A stretch of 64,000 nucleotides of DNA from Podarcis gaigeae (Eukaryota), in the NCBI GenBank assembly GCA_964106915.2, contig OZ066918.1; one strand, written 5' to 3'. Below are positions 62,261-64,000 of this stretch, piece by piece; the stretch's first letter is position 1, and each line of letters starts with the position of its first letter. The notes beneath the pieces were generated by a model. That model saw only the letters and a list, made by a program, of their open reading frames with translations, searched no databases and had not been told where the DNA came from. Both the position numbers and the translations under genes were made by a program.

Positions 62261-63135
62261 CCAAGGTGGTCACCTCACCTTGCCTCATAGGTGGATTAGA
62301 CCTCAGCTGAGCAAAAGATGGAAGGACTCACAGCATTAACACACAAAGAGATCTTGCTCCCCAGCAGTGCCAACTTGAATAAAATATGGGGGGCCCAGGT
62401 AAGCCCCACCTGTTTGATCACAGCATGATCAAGAATGATGGGAGCTGGAGTCTAGCAACACTTGAAGGGCTGAATCATGGAATCATAGAATTGCAATGCA
62501 GGAATCTCAACTAAAGCATCCCTGAACTAACCATTTAGCATACTCCCTCACCAATGAAATATGTTTACAACCTAAGTAGCAGAACTTGTCTTTCCAGATC
62601 TATGTCATTTTCTTCCATTTCTGCAAGTGGCTGTATTTTGAAAGATTCTTGTGAAGATTCTTACTCATGGAAATATTACTCAGCTTGCACCGTGTGACAA
62701 TGACAACTGTTGCCCAGTATGTGCTTCTCATGAGTAAACAGATCTCCCCGCTTCCTCTTCAGTCTTTTCAGCACATGAAGGGAAATTGGTCTGAAAGACT
62801 TAAGAGGAAGTGGGAGCGTCTGTTTACTCATAAGAAGCACTGACCAGGTACCAGGCACACCCTAATGTTAAAGCAACCAACCAACCAACCAACCAACAAA
62901 CAAACAGGGGATCAATGGAAGCAGACAGAAAGAGTTGCAGGCAGAATAAAAGGCTAGAATGGATCTGGAATGGATCTGCAACTTCTGCCTGCATCTGTCC
63001 CTGGAAGTGGCAGTGGGGTGATTATAGTTCCAGTGGCAGGAGGGGGACAGTTTCTGTAATTCCAGGACTATCCCTGGAAAATAGGGACACTTAGAGGGTA
63101 TGAGTTCATTGGCATTCGGGGCTTTGTTCCTATGA

Positions 63136-63136
<1 letters not shown>

Positions 63137-63180
<44 letters not shown>

Positions 63181-63235
63181 TTATTTGTACCCCATCCATC
63201 TGGCTGGGTTTCCTCAGCCACTCTGGAGCTTCTCA
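63137..63235 (-). repeat. (TTA)n microsatellite with L2-type tail remnant
   Basis: Repeat followed by CCCATCTGGCTG..GCCACTCTGG-like sequence as at 56363-56400. Confidence 0.7.
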
Positions 63236-64000
63236 TAACTTATCAACTTGTGATAAGAAAAATCAGTTAGGGCAGACAAACAGCCAAAATATCGCTTTTC
63301 CACTATGACCAAATTTCCTTTGAAACGCAGGGGAGTTTGCAGCACATTCTACAGCTACCTTCCTTTCACATAATATAGTATGCCAACCATCCAGACATCA
63401 CGCTTTCCTCATGCAGATGCTGTGTGTGCCCAGAATTCCCAGAAACACCCAGTGATTCTGTGGTCAATGACTAGCTTATTTCACAGACAAGTCAGTGTCG
63501 AAATTATTCCCTGAGGGCAGTCTAGTAGCGAAGAGAGTGAGCTGTGAGGCAAGAAGTCCATCATTCAACCCAGTGGCAGCGATGGACACATTAGATGGTG
63601 CCAGGCCAAGCTATTATTAGCCGCATTCCCCCACCCCATTCTGCAGTTCAAGAGACAGATGTACTCGTGGAAGTCCGGGTAGCGAAAATGCAGCTAAGAA
63701 GCTCAGATTATGTATATATGACTGATACTCTTCTTTGGAAATTAAAGCAACGTCCAGACTTTAACATTCAAAAAAAAGTTTACTTGCAGAAACTTATAGA
63801 TGAATTAAAACATAGTATTTAAAGCCACATGCTTCCGCAAGCATGGACTTACAGTCTCTTCTTCTAGCTTCCAAACTGATGTATTTTCTGCTCTTTGCAG
63901 CCTTCTGTATCTCAGTTAGGCCGTGCCTTGCAGGTCCTAGGAGAAACTTCCACTTTCACCTTCTCCTGCCGCTTTGCTCTATAATAATAATAATAATAAT

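Overview
Vertebrate (not microbial) genomic DNA. The repeat content (Sauria SINEs, CR1/L2 LINEs, Penelope-like elements) points to a squamate reptile, probably a lacertid lizard; the species-level call is inference. The window holds the conserved PNPLA3-SAMM50-PARVB block, all on the minus strand. I reconstructed a complete 9-exon PNPLA3-like patatin lipase (55451-36501, 1518 nt, 505 aa), a complete 15-exon SAMM50 (29164-10241, 1410 nt, 469 aa) and coding exon 1 of PARVB (5346-5229). All splice junctions are GT-AG and phases are consistent. Each gene starts in a CpG island. Introns and intergenic DNA are full of transposon relics, many with readable target-site duplications (TSDs). The most notable structures are RNA elements. 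One is a perfect 281-bp-arm palindrome in SAMM50 intron 8, sitting in a (TA)n tract and carrying a Penelope-type hammerhead-ribozyme motif on each strand. The other is a separate Neptune-type Penelope fragment at 8900-9316 with a well-formed minimal hammerhead. Most entries in the ORF track are spurious or transposon-derived.
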